Source: the human T2T-CHM13v2.0 reference genome, Homo sapiens
Direction: 5' to 3' (one strand)
DNA: 64,000 bases
Assembly (NCBI RefSeq): GCF_009914755.1
Contig: NC_060927.1
In this document: positions 13,839 to 26,198 of the stretch, one piece after another
Layout: the number at the start of each line of letters is the position of its first letter
Numbering within the stretch: position 1 is the stretch's first letter
Notes under the pieces: model-generated
Seen by the model: the letters and a program-made list of their open reading frames with translations, nothing else
What the model was told of the DNA's origin: nothing
The model's database searches: none
Program-made: the position numbers and the translations under genes

Positions 13839-14386
13839 TTTATTTTTTTAATGGGAGCTAAATTTTTTAATTTTAGGTTTGGGGGTACATGTGAAGGTTT
13901 GTTACATAAATAAACACGTGTCAAGGGGGTTTGTTGTACATAACATTACATTGCCCAGGCATTAAGCCCAGTACCCAGTAGTCATCTTTTCTGCTCCTCT
14001 CCCTCCTCCCACCTTCCCCACTCAAGTGGACCCCAGCGTCTGTTGTTCCTTCTTTGTGTTCATAAGTTCTTATCATTTAGCTCCCACTTATGAGTAAGAA
14101 CATGTGGTATTTGGTTTTCCGTTTCTGCGTTAGTTTGATAAGGATAATAGCCTCCAGCTCCATCCATGTTCCCGCACAAGACATTATCTCATTCTTTTTT
14201 ATGGCTACATAATATTCCATGGTGTATATGTACCACATTTTCTTTATCCAGTCTGTCATTAATGGGCATTTAGGTTGATTCCATGGTTTTGCTATTGTGA
14301 ACAGTGCTGCAACGAACATTCACATACATGTGTCTTTATGGTAGAATGCTTTATATTCCACTGGGTATATACCCAGTAATGGGATA
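13839..14386 (-). mobile_element. 5'-truncated older L1PA (approx. L1PA13-16) with TSD
   Basis: ORF2 C-terminus (ORF 14077-14319 MFVAALFTIAK...WIKKMW) plus 3' UTR. TSD TTGGCATATTTA at 13827-13838 and 14387-14398, ending at a TTT/AA endonuclease site. Confidence 0.9.
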
Positions 14387-15439
14387 TTGGCATATTTAAA
14401 CCATGGCCTATTATGCAAGTATTTAAAATCCTGTTTGCATAGCATTGCTAACTAAATGAAAATAGTAGATCTTTAAAAAGCAGAATGTAAAATAGTATGG
14501 CATTAATTTTGTAAAAAGAAAAAATTATTGCATAGAACAAAAATATAAGGAATCTACTAAAATGTTTTATTTGGCAATGGGACGACTGATGATTTTACTT
14601 CTCCTCTTCATGCTTTTCTGCATCTGCCAGTGTGTTTTCATTGAGTGTAAACAGAATAAAAAGATATTTTAAAACCAACTACAAAATATCAGAATGGTTA
14701 TTTAAGTGACTTTTGAACAATAAGTTTTTGCTTTTTAAAAGGACTCTGCAGGAGAAAATAATCCTTTCATACTCCAAAGATGACTGAATTCTTAAAATTT
14801 AAACTTAAAAGACTGGAGAGAATATAAAATTCTGTATCTTTTAAAAAAAAGTACTGCACAGTTTTCTCATGTTCACAAATTGTTATGACATTTATATGAA
14901 AAATGTTGGGAACCTTTTTCTTCAAAGGGTGAGGTTGTGCAAGGCTCAAATAGCAGGAATTGGAAAATAAGCAAATTGAAAACAAGGGTTAGGATGGGAA
15001 GCCTTGGGGGTGGAAAGGGAAGGGTTTTTTTGAGAAATTTCATATTGCAGAATTGGACACCACCTTAGCAACACAGACAACAAAGTATGAGATAGGCCTG
15101 AGTACAAGGGAGCTAGAGAGAAACCCTGCCCTTGCCTTTGACTTGAGCTGCCTTCTGGTCATGGCTGGGAAGATTCAGAAGGAGCCAGTACTGCTGAAGC
15201 AATAGCTATGCCTTCTGGGGCAGAAACCTGGAAAGGGGGTAAGAGAGGAGGAGAGCTCAGACCCTGGAGGTCACTTGACAACCCTAATCCTAATGGCTTT
15301 AGCTGACTTCTGAAGCTCTGCCCAAGAATTAATGGGGTCCTTAACTCTGGGCTTGCAAAGCCTGAGATGGGCCAATGTTCAGCAGGGGAGCTTTGTTGTG
15401 AATTTCACACAAGTGTAGTCCTCAGCACAAAAGGGACCA

Positions 15440-16050
15440 TTGACTAACAGCCACAGCCTCCTTGACTCCACATTTGCTCCTCCTTCCATTTGGTCTCCAT
15501 GCTGCAGTCAAAGGTAACCTTCCCAAAATGCAACTCTAACTGCATGACTTCCTTCCTTAGAACCCTTCAATGGCTCCCATTGCCCCCCACATAAAGCCCA
15601 AACTCCCTGATATCATACATGAGGCCCTCCGAGGGATGGTCCGTGTGATCTTCTACAATCCCTCAGCCAAGCCCTGGCCCTGCCGAATCACTAGTGCTAT
15701 TCCCTAGCACGAGGATCTCCTTATATCTTCCCTATCTTTGCCTATCTATTTCCTTTTCTTGGAGCCCTCTTTGCACTCCAACTGTTCACCTATTCAAGCT
15801 CTACTCAAACCTTTAGATATCAGCACACTCCTTGCCTCCTTCAGGACTCCTTCTCCAACCCCCTAAACCAGGTTAAGTCCCCTAATCTGCATTTTTCATA
15901 CACTATTAAAATTGCTTCCTTACTTATCTATTTCCACAACTTGGCCATGAGCACAATGAAGACAAGAGCTCTGTTCTACTCACTGTTGTATCTCCAGCTG
16001 CAGCACCCAATTGTTGGCAACACCCCACATATTAGCTTACTGAATGAATG
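15440..16050 (+). mobile_element. L2 3' region
   Basis: aacccttcaatggctcccattgc, ctcactgttgtatctccag, and the tgaatgaatg tail. Confidence 0.75.
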
Positions 16051-16061
16051 AAAAAAGGAAT

Positions 16062-16120
16062 GAAGGAAGGAAGGAAGGAAGGAAGGAAGGAAGGAAGGAA
16101 GGAAGGAAGGAAGGAAGGAA
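16062..16120. repeat. (GGAA)n microsatellite
   Basis: About 14-15 perfect units grown from the L2 tail. Confidence 0.95.
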
Positions 16121-16411
16121 TTCTAAAGAAAGTGGCTTGTGTAAAAGGAAGAGGCCAGAGTAGGTGACGGCTGAGTCCCTTCAGCTCCGAGATTCTACAA
16201 AGAAGTAAAGAAGTAATAAAAAGTGATGGAGAAAGTCTATACATAGCTTAAAACAGAGGACCTAAAACATACTTAGGCATCGCTACAGTTTCAAATATAC
16301 CCAAATGTATCTTTCTGGTAGTTTTCATTATAAAATTCCAAAATTCATTCACTAATAAAATTTATCTTCTCTCTAAGATTTGTCTCTGGATTTTGTATTA
16401 CCCACACCTAG

Positions 16412-16965
16412 AGTATCAGTTAATGTTATTAGCTAAAGCAACAGAAACAGCTCAGTCTGATTTAAGCAGAAAAATGGGGAAACTCACAAAACTGCCAGAA
16501 AGGCTAGAAAATCAGGGTCAGGGAAAATAGTATAGAATTATGCCCAGAGTTTTGATGCAAGTGGTCTAGTGCAAACACTGTTGCCCCAACTGCTGAAAAC
16601 TAGACATCGAGGCTTACAGTACAGTGAGCTCTGTCCCACTCGTTCTCTTTGGCCGCAGCACCCAACTGTGTTGGCAATACTACATATTAACTTACTGAAT
16701 AAACGAAAGAAGTGAGAAAGGAAGGAACCCTAACAAGAGTGGCTTCAACTGACCCCCGGACAACACCACTAGCCCTGCAGTCATGTTGCCCCATGATCTT
16801 GACTTTGCAGTCCCTGCAGCAGAGAGAGGGTCCTTCAAAATCCCAACATTCCAATGACACTGGGGCAGGTACATCTAATGAGGAAAGCCAAGGTAAGGCA
16901 TACAGCCCAACTGCAAGGGAGGCTTAGAAACCAAGTGTTAGCAGTTTCATCTTCCATAGTGAGAT
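16412..16965 (-). mobile_element. Old MaLR LTR (MLT1J-N type) carrying an inserted local copy at 16626-16745
   Basis: agcaacagaaac...gatttaagcagaaaa start and cccaactgcaagggaggcttagaaa end. Confidence 0.55.
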
Positions 16966-17576
16966 GTTCTTCATAAAATCAGAACAAAGCTTGGAGTCTG
17001 GATGGCCAAAAATTATGACCCATATCCACAGCACCTAGGGAGAGCTCCAGTGTTAGCTCTTGAGCCAGCAAACTCCACCATCCTAAAACAATTGCTCTGG
17101 ACTTTCTTTCTCTCAAGTTCCTACAGGCTGACAAGGTTAAGGTTTGACTCAGACACTTCTCCAAATATGGTCCCGGCAACTCTTTGTTACCAGTCTTTGA
17201 CAAGATAACTACAGAAATCATAAGTGTGTATACAGCATCCTAATATGCAAGAACATGATCCATGGACCTGTCATCATGAGCAATGTATGGACAAGTTCAG
17301 GTGTTGTTGAACCTGTGTCGCACGTGGCTGGAACTGCACACTGATCAAGTGCACAGTAAGACCACATATTGTTCCATGACAGATTGAAAATTATTTAAAA
17401 AAGAAAAAGCTTGCTTGGGGAGCATGAATGCACAGGTCTGCCAATCTCTCCGTGTCCCTCAGAGGTACCTTTTGCAGAATGCCAAGGATGCTCCTTGAGT
17501 GGAAAAGGCAAGGCTGGTTGCTAGTACAGGGCCTACCAAACCATGGATTTAAACACAAAGATTTAAGTCAACCCAT

Positions 17577-18143
17577 TGTATTAATTTTCTACAGTTGCAT
17601 AACAAATTGCCACAAATTTAGCAGCTTAACAGCATCAGATCAGAAGTCTGGGCATGGCCTGATTGGTTTTTCTGCTGAGGGTCTCACAAAGCTAATATAA
17701 AGGGATCAGTTTGGCTAAGTTCCCATCTTGAATCTGGGGTCCTCTTTCAAGCTCATTCAGGTTGTTGGTATTATTCAGCTCCTTGCTGGCTGCTGGCCAA
17801 GGTTGCTGTCAGCTTCCAGAGGCTATATACAAAGGCCCTTGCCACACAGTACTTCCCTCCCTCTTTAAAACCAGCAACCAAGCATTTCTCACATAGAAAA
17901 TCACCCTCCTGCTTGGAATATCTCTGACTCCCCTGTCTCTGACCTCTAGCCCCAGATTTACTGCGCTCATGTGATTAGGTAGGGCCAACACAGATAATCT
18001 CCCTTTTGATCAACTTAAGGTCAATAGACTAGTGACCTTAATTACATCTGAAAATTCCCTTTTGCATAAAATGTAACCTAAGCATAGACATAACACCAAC
18101 AGGCACATAATATGGGAACCATTCTAGAATTCTGCTTATTATA
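17577..18143 (-). mobile_element. MLT1 (E/F-type) MaLR LTR
   Basis: tgtattaattttct...gcataacaaattgccacaaatttagcagcttaa ... ccattctagaattctgc. Confidence 0.75.
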
Positions 18144-18362
18144 CCCATATTTTTTCTTTGAAATAAAAACATGTTGGTCCTTTAGATCTCTTATACAGAG
18201 AATTCTGTGAGTGGAATTCATTCAAAATGGAGGAATTCTCCACTCTAACAGGATGTGTAACATTTTAATATGGCCAAAAAATGGAATAAAAATTTGAAAA
18301 CAAATTTTCAGCTTATAAAAAAGTAAGTATTGTATGCAGCAAACCCCCTTCCTCCGTTTCTT

Positions 18363-18655
18363 TCTTTTTTTTTTTTTTTTTTTTTTTTCGAGATGGAGTC
18401 TCACTCTGTTGCCCAGGCTGGAGTGCAATGGCATGATCTCGGCCTCCCGGGTTCAAGCCATTCTCCTGCCTCAGCCTCCCAAGTAGCTGGGACTACAGGT
18501 GTGCACTACCACGCCCAGCTAATTTTTGTATTTTTAGTAGAGATGGGGTTTCACCATGTTGGCCAGGCTGGTCTCAAACTCCTGACTCCAAGTGATCTGC
18601 CTGCCTCAGCCTCCCAAAGTGCTGGGATTAGAGGCATGGGCTGCCGCAACCAGCC
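18363..18655 (-). mobile_element. AluS (Sx/Sz-like) with a ~16-nt internal deletion
   Basis: Full dimer with poly-T. TSD CCTTCCTCC(G/A)TTTCTT at 18347-18362 and 18657-18672. Lacks tcactgcaacctccgc near 18443. Confidence 0.95.
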
Positions 18656-18861
18656 ACCTTCCTCCATTTCTTGAACCGATCTCCATTCTTAAGCAACATA
18701 GGTTCCCAGCATTAGGGTCTATTCAGGAAAGCTGCTTTAATGAGATGACTATTTAGAAGGCAACATATAGCTGTCTCCAGTCAAAAAGCAGCCTCACAAC
18801 TTTCAGCTAATATAACAGTGTCATGATGAGGAGGAGGAGGAGGATGAGAATGATGAAGATG

Positions 18862-18916
18862 ATGGCCATTATCTATTAAGTGATTCCTACAAGCCAGGCA
18901 CTGTACTAAAAGCTTT
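18862..18916 (-). mobile_element. MIR left half, interrupted by the L1MC stack
   Basis: atctattaagtgattcctacaagccaggcactgtactaaaagcttt; resumes near 34320. Confidence 0.55.
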
Positions 18917-21900
18917 CTTTTTGACATTTTATTTTGAGATAATTGAAATTTACATACAGTTATAAGAAATAATACAAAGAGAGTCCTTTATTCTTTACCT
19001 AGTTTCTGCTAATGGTAACATCTAGAATAATTATAGTAAAATACTATAACCAGGGAATTGACATTGATACAACCCAACGGCCTTATTCATATATCATGAG
19101 TTTTTATATGCACTCATGTGCATTTGTGTATTTGTGTGCATCTGTATTTAGTTCTATGCAATTGTACCACATGTGTAGATTTACATGACCACCACCAAAG
19201 TCAAGATACAGAACAAGTCCCACACCACAAAAATCTCTTGCAATGCCCTTTTATAGCTGCACACAAATCCCTCCTGCCTCTGTCCCATCCTTAACCCATG
19301 GCAACCATTAATCTCTTCTACATTTCTATAATTTGGTCATTTCACAAATGTTATATAAATAAAGTCACACAGTATGTAACCTGTGGGATTGGCTTTTTTC
19401 ACTCTGCATAATTCTCTGAAGATCCATCAAAGTTGTTATAGTTATCAACAACTTCTTCCTTTTTATTGCTAAGTAGGTATTCCATGGCATGGATATCCAG
19501 GCTTGCTTAAGCATTTACCTGCTGAAGGACATTTCAGTTGTTTTTAGTTTGGGCTGTTACAAATAAACGACTATGAACATTCAACTACGGGTTTTATTTT
19601 TTCGGTGACGTAAGTTTTCACTTTTCTGGGACAAATGCTACCAGAGTGCAACTGCTGGGTTGAATGGAAGTTGTAATTTCTATTATATAAGATACTACTG
19701 CACTGTTTCCCAGAGTGGCTTTACCATTTTAATTCTCATCAACAGTGTGTGAATGATCTGGCCTCTGCACATCCCCACAAACTTTTGGTGTTATCAGTAT
19801 TTTTTATTTTGGTAATTCTTATAGGTGTGTAGTGATATATCAATGTAGTTTTATTTTGCATTTCCCTAATGGCTAATGATTTTTAACATCTTTTCATGTG
19901 CTTATTTACTGTCTGTAAGTCTCCTTCGGTAAAATGTCTCTTCAAGTCTTTTGCCCATTTTCTAAGTTTTTTGTTTTACTATTCACCGTTGTGACTCCTT
20001 TATATTTTCTAGGTATTAGTCCTTTGTCAGATACATGGTTTGCAATTATTTCCTCCAAGTCTATGGCTTGTCTTTTCATTTTCTTAACAGGTCTTTCACA
20101 GAACAAAAGGTCCAATTTATCAGTCTTTCCTTTCATGGATCATACTTTTGATGTCACTTTCAGGGTTTGTTGCCTAGTCCTAAATCATGAAGATTTTCTC
20201 CTATAGTTTTTCTAACAAATTTATACTTTCATGTTTTACATTTAAGTACATGATCTACTTTTTGTTATTTTTTGCATAAGGTGTGAAGTTTAGGTCAATG
20301 TTCATTGTGTTGCCTGTAGATATCTAATTATCTAATTGATCCAGCATCATTTGTTTAAAAGGCTATCCTTCCTCCACTGGAATGCTTTTGCACTTTTGTA
20401 AAAAATCACTTAGGCTTATTTGTGTGGCTGTATTTCTGGGTCCTAGTCTGTCCCATTAATCTATATCTCTATCCTTCAATAATATCACACTGTCTTGATT
20501 ACAGTAACTATATAGTAAGGCTTAATATTAGTAGAGTGAATCTTTTAACCTTATTCTTTTTTCCCCAAGATTGTTTTAGTTATTCGGGGGGTTATGCCTT
20601 TTCATAAGAAATTTATAAAAAGTTTGTCTATGTCATCAAAACCCTTTGGTGGGATTGTGATAGGAATCTCATTAAATCTATATAGCACTATTTGAGCAGA
20701 ATTGACACCTTTACTATGTTGAGTCTTCCAATTCATTAATACAATACTTATCTAAGTTTGTTTAGGTCTTCTTTAGTTGTGCTCATTAACATTTTATAAG
20801 TTTCAGCATACAGATCCTGCAGGTTTTCCTAAGTTTACATCTACATATTTTATTTTCTTTGGATAACTGTAAACCGTCTTATATTTTTAATTTTATCAAT
20901 AGCTTCCACATATTCTGTTGTTAGTATATAGATATGTAGTTAAATTTTGTATGTTGATCATGCATCCTGAGACCTTACTGAAGTCACTTACTAGTTCTGG
21001 GAGTGAGGTGGGTTGTTTTGTTTCATTTTTTGTCCCTTTTTAAAGATTCCTTGGGATTTTCTATGTGGACAACAATGTCATCTTCAAAAAAGGATGACAC
21101 TTTTTTCTTTCCTTATTGCAGTGGCTAGGGCTTTGGAGTACTATGCTGTATACCAATAGTGAGAATAGGCATCTTTGTTTTTATCCTGAATTTACAGGGA
21201 ATATACTCAGTCTTAATGGTGAAAAACAGATGTTCGCTATAGGTTTTTTGTAAATGTGCTTTATCAAGCTGAGATAGCTCTCCTCTGCTCCTAACTTACT
21301 AAGAGTTTTTATTATGAATGGGTATTGAATTGTGTAAAGTGCTTTCTCTGTGTTAATTAACACATTTTTTTCATCTGTATCCTGTTTATACTGTGGATTA
21401 TAATAATTAGTTTTGGTGTGCTAAATCAGCCTTGCACACCGGGAATAAATTTCACTTGGTCATGCCATATTATTCTTTTTAAACATTTTTTAATTTGATT
21501 TATGTAATATTTTGTTGGAGAGTTTTATATCTAAATTCATGAGAGACAGTCATCTATAGGGTTGTTCTGCGGGTTTTTGGCTTTATTCTTTTTGTTTTTT
21601 AATTTGATACTGTCTTTTTCAGGTTTGGGAATCAAAGAGTTACTGCCATCATAAATTAGTAGGAAAGTGTTCCCTCTCATCTCCTATCTGGGAGAAATTG
21701 AGTAAAATTAGGATTAATTCTTTAACATTTTGGTAAAATTCTCCAGTGAAGCCATCAGGGCTTGGAAATTTCTTTTTCAGGAGCCTTTTAACTACACCTT
21801 CAATGTATTTCATGGTTTTAAGACTATTCAGTCATCTATTTCATGTTGGTTACTTTTGGATACTTTGTGGTTTTTTAGAAATTGGTCCATTTCTACTAAA

Positions 21901-22960
21901 CTGTCATATTTATGAGCATAAAGTTGTCTACAGTATTCTTCTATTAGGTTGCTAATAGCTACAGGAACTGTAATGATAGCTTCTGTTTCATTTCTGACAT
22001 TGGCAATATACATCTTTATTTTTCTCAGGGTTTCTGGAGATTTATCAATTTTATTTATGTTTTCAAAGAAGGAGCTTTTAATGTTATTGATTTTCTCTGT
22101 TGTTTCTATATTTTCGATTTTATTAAATTTTGCTCCATTTTTATTATTTCCTTCCCTCTACTTAGTTTCGGTTTATTTTGTTCTTCTGGGTTATTGAGGT
22201 AGGAACTTGGAGTATTCATTCAAGATCTTTCTTCTTTTTTCATATAAGCATCCAATGCTTACATTTTCTTCTCAGCACTGCTCTAGCTGCATCCCACACA
22301 TTTTGATATTTTGTGTTTTTCTTTTCATTCAGTTTCATGTATGTTTTTCCTTTGAAACTTCATCTTTCGACTATGGGTTACTTAGCAGTGTGATATATAA
22401 TTTTCAAGTGTTTATAGATCCCCTTGTCTGTCTGTTATCAATTTCCAGTTTTATTACATTAAGATCATAGAACATACCTTATATAAATCCAGTTTGTTCA
22501 AATTTGGTGAGGTGTGTTCTGCAATGCAGGATATAGTTTATCTTGGTGAATATTATATATGTACTTGCAAATAATGCATTTCAGCAGCTGTTGGGAATAT
22601 TCTATAAATAGCAATCAGTTGATAGAATTGATCAGTTCTTTCCATATTTTTCTAATTTTCTACATTTAGTTTCCTATATTTAATTTCTTTATTTAGTTCA
22701 ATTGCTGATAGTGGTATGTTGAAGTCCCAAACTATAATTGTGAATTCGTTTATTTTACCTTTCAACTCTAATAGTTTTTCTTTCATGTATTTTGAAGCTC
22801 TGTTGCATATACATTTAGGATTGCTATATCTTCTTGGTGAATTACTCTGTTTTATTATGATATAATGTTACTGATGGTCCATAGTAATTTTTTCTGCTCT
22901 GAAGTCTACTTTATCTGATATTAATATAGCCATTCTTGCATTTTAAAAATTAATGTTAGA
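18917..22960 (-). mobile_element. L1MC-type LINE, 3' UTR and degenerate ORF2
   Basis: L1MC 3' end ttttattttgagataattg...atacagttataagaaataataca. ORF2 remnants at 19942-20136, 21181-21363 and 21828-22013. Confidence 0.85.
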
Positions 22961-24163
22961 ACAAAGAGTGATGTCAGTAAGATGGCAGAATAGGAGTTTC
23001 CAGTGCTAATCCTCTGACAGAAACATCAATTTGAACAACTGTCTATGCATGAATAATCTTCATGGATGCGAATTAATCTAGGAGTAAGTAATTATACCCT
23101 CCGAATGGAGCACAAATATAAGAAAAGACTCAGTGAAGAGAGTAAGAACAGTTTCACAGTATCCAGTCAGCCCTTCCTGAATCCCAGGCAGTGCAGCATG
23201 GGGAGAGAGATACATGGGGAAAAGAGAGTGAAATGAGCACCTGACTTTGCCAAAGATCCTAGCATCAGGCCTACTCCGATGAACCCTGGCTCCAGGCTGG
23301 CCCCTGAGCAGTCAGATTCCAGGCCCACTCAATCACCAGGCTAGCCCCTGTGGGCAGAGCTTTAACACTTTCCAGTGAGGATCAGCACTAGGCTGGCCTC
23401 CAAATACTCAAGACCAGGCACATAGCCATAGACCCAGGCACCAGGCCTGCCCCAGCCCAGGTCAGCCCTAATGACCACAGCCTCCAGCCTGTCCCCCATG
23501 GATACAAGCTTTTGGTCTGCACCCAGACAACAGGCTCATCCCTGTGGACCCCAACCCAAGCTGATCCCCATGGACATAAGATCCAGTCCCACCCTAAATA
23601 ACCCAGATTCCAGGTCTCTACCATGGACTCAGTACTGGACCTTCCCATGTACATGCTGGCTCCAGGCCCACCCCCACATACCCATGGCTGGCCCCATGCA
23701 ACCAGGTACCAGGCCAGCCAGCCCAAGGACTCTAGCAGCAAACCTGCCCAGACTCCATCTCATGGCCCCTCCAAAATCTCTGGACAGGCTAACAGGTGAA
23801 GGCCTTTCCCTGCTGAAGCCAGTCTGTAAAGACTAGAAAAGGAGTCTACTTCTTCAAATGTGCAGACAAAAATTCAAGGCCACAAAGATCAAGAATAATC
23901 AGGGAAACTTGATACCACCCAATGAACAAAATTAAGCATGAGTAACCAACTGTAAAGAAATGACTATCTGTAAACTGACTGGCAAACAATTCATAACAAT
24001 CATCTTTAAAAACCTCAGTAAGCTACAAGAAAACACAGACAACTAAAGAAAATAAGGAAAATAACACACAAACAATAAAGAAATACACAAAAACAAGAAA
24101 AAACAATAAAACATTCTGCAGCTAAAGAACACAACTAAACTTGAAAAATTCCACTGGGATTTT

Positions 24164-24586
24164 TGGTATAGTCTGATTTGTGTGACCCCTCCAAATCTCA
24201 TGTTGAAATTTGATCCTCAATCTTGGAGGTGGAGCCTAATGGGAGGTGTTTCAGTCATGGGAGTGGATTCCTCTTGAATGGCTTGGTGACATCCTTGCAG
24301 TAATGAGTGAGTTCTCACTCTGTTAATTCCAATGAGAACTGGTTGTTTAAGAGTCTGCCACCTCCCTCTTCTCTCTTGTCTCCTTTTTTGCCATGTGATC
24401 TCTCTACACACCAGCTCCTATTTGCTTTCCACAAAAAGTGGAAGCAGCCTGAAGCCCTCACCATGCTGACACCAGCATCATGCTTCTTGTACAGCCTACA
24501 AAACCATAAGCCAAATAAATGTTCTTTCCTTTATAAATTCCTGAGCCTCAGGTATTCCTTGATAGCAACACAAATGAACTAGGACA
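24164..24586 (+). mobile_element. MSTB-type MaLR solo LTR
   Basis: TG...CA termini, ccaaatctcatgttgaaattt, gtaatgagtgagttctcactct, ggtattccttgatagcaacacaaa. Confidence 0.85.
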
Positions 24587-25016
24587 AACTTCAACAGGAG
24601 ATTTAATCAGGCAAAAGAAAGAATCCACAAACTCAAAGACAGATCCTTGGAAAGTACCAACTCAAAAGAAGAAAAATTTTAATAAGTCTATGGGACTTAT
24701 GGGCCGCCATTAAGCAAAGCAATATATGCATTATGTGAGTCATAGAAGAAGTAGAGAAAGAGAAAGGGGCAGAAGATTGTTTAAAGAAATAATGACAGAA
24801 AACTACCTAAATCTGGAGAGGGAAATGAGTATTCAGATCCGTGAAGCCAAAAGAATCCCAAATAAATATAAAAAGATCTTCACTGAGATATGATCAAATT
24901 CTCAAAAGTCAAAAACAAAGATAATTTTAAAAGCATCAAGAGAAAAGTGATTCATCACATAAAAAGGAATTTCCTTAAGACTATCAGATTTTACAACAGG
25001 AACCTTGGAACCCCAA

Positions 25017-25140
25017 CCAGGCACTGTGGTGTGGCACATTCCTGTACTACCAGCTAGCTACTTGTGAAGTGAGGCTGTAGGATCACTTGAGCCCAGGAAT
25101 TCAACTCCAACCTGAGAAACATAGTGAGACCCTGTCTGTT
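25017..25140 (+). mobile_element. Alu monomer (FLAM/FAM-like)
   Basis: ggatcacttgagcccaggaattcaa...catagtgagaccctgtct. Confidence 0.75.
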
Positions 25141-25147
25141 GGAAGAA

Positions 25148-25162
25148 CAAAAGAAAGAAAGG

Positions 25163-25199
<37 letters not shown>

Positions 25200-25200
25200 C

Positions 25201-25259
<59 letters not shown>

Positions 25260-25284
25260 AACAGAAAGAAAGAAAGAAAGAAAG

Positions 25285-25323
<39 letters not shown>

Positions 25324-25333
25324 AAAAAGAAAC

Positions 25334-25364
<31 letters not shown>

Positions 25365-25370
25365 AAAGTA
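25148..25370. repeat. Long compound (GAAA)n microsatellite
   Basis: About 220 bp of GAAA with GA/CA interruptions, derived from the Alu monomer tail. Confidence 0.95.
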
Positions 25371-25388
25371 AAGTAAAGTAAAAACAAA

Positions 25389-25562
25389 GGCTGGGCAGAG
25401 TGGCTCATGCCTGTAATCCCAGCACTTTGGGAGGCCAAGACAAGAGCATTATGTCAGCCCAAGGGTTCAAGACCAGCCTGGACAACAGAGTGAGACCCCA
25501 TCTCTACAAAAAAGGAAAAAAGAAAAATTAGCTGGGTGTGGTGGTGCATGCCTGTGGTCCCA
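25389..25562 (+). mobile_element. AluJ left arm and start of right arm, broken by inversion
   Basis: ggctgggcagagtggctcatgcctgtaatcccagc...aattagctgggtgtggtggtgcatgcctgtggtccca, then an abrupt end. Confidence 0.88.
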
Positions 25563-26069
25563 ATTAACAAACTATTGTAGCTATAGTTATTTTTAATATT
25601 TTGTAGAGTAAAAAGTCATTTATGTTCCACTATTACAGTTTTAGAGTACCAAAAATGTGATCAAAGTCTTACCTTTACAGTGAGTTTTAAACTTTTTTAT
25701 ATTTTCATGTTTTGGTTAGCATCCTTTCATTTCAACTTGAAGAATTCCCAGTAGCATTTCTTGTAAGGCATGTATAGTGGTGACGAGCTTCTTTCATTTC
25801 AACTTAAAGAACTACCACTAGCATTTCTTGTAAGGCATGTCTGGTGGTGATGAACTTCCATGGATTTTGTTTGTCTAGGAAACTTTTATCACTCCTTAAT
25901 TTCTGAAGGACAGCTTTGCCAAGTATAGTATTCTTGGTTGGCAGGTTTTTTTCTTCTTTCAGAAATTTGAATCATGTAATCATCCCCACAAGATTTCTCT
26001 CATGTAAGAGAATTTCTCTCATTACAAGATTTGAATCATGTAATCATCCCTCTCAGCCTACAAGATTTC

Positions 26070-26198
26070 TTTTTTTTTCTTTTTTCTTTTCAAAGGCAGG
26101 GTCTTGCTCTGCCACCCAGGTTGGAAGGCAGTGGCATGATCATGGCTCACTGTAGCCTTGACCTCCAAGGCTCAAGTGTCCTTCCCACCTCAGCCTCC
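26070..26198 (-). mobile_element. AluJ remainder of right arm and tail, inverted
   Basis: Reverse complement reads ggaggctgaggtggga...gaggtcaaggctacagtgagccatgatcatgccactg...polyA. Confidence 0.88.

Noticed and set aside
18330-18674. 114-aa ORF
   Set aside because: Antisense Alu translation.
23280-23760. GC-rich quasi-repeats resembling a CRISPR array or CpG-island promoter
   Set aside because: CpG-depleted degenerate tandem units of an old L1 5' UTR, with no constant repeat-spacer period.
25058-25438. Lys/Glu/Arg-rich and Phe/Leu/Ser-rich ORFs
   Set aside because: Translations of the (GAAA)n microsatellite and Alu sequence.
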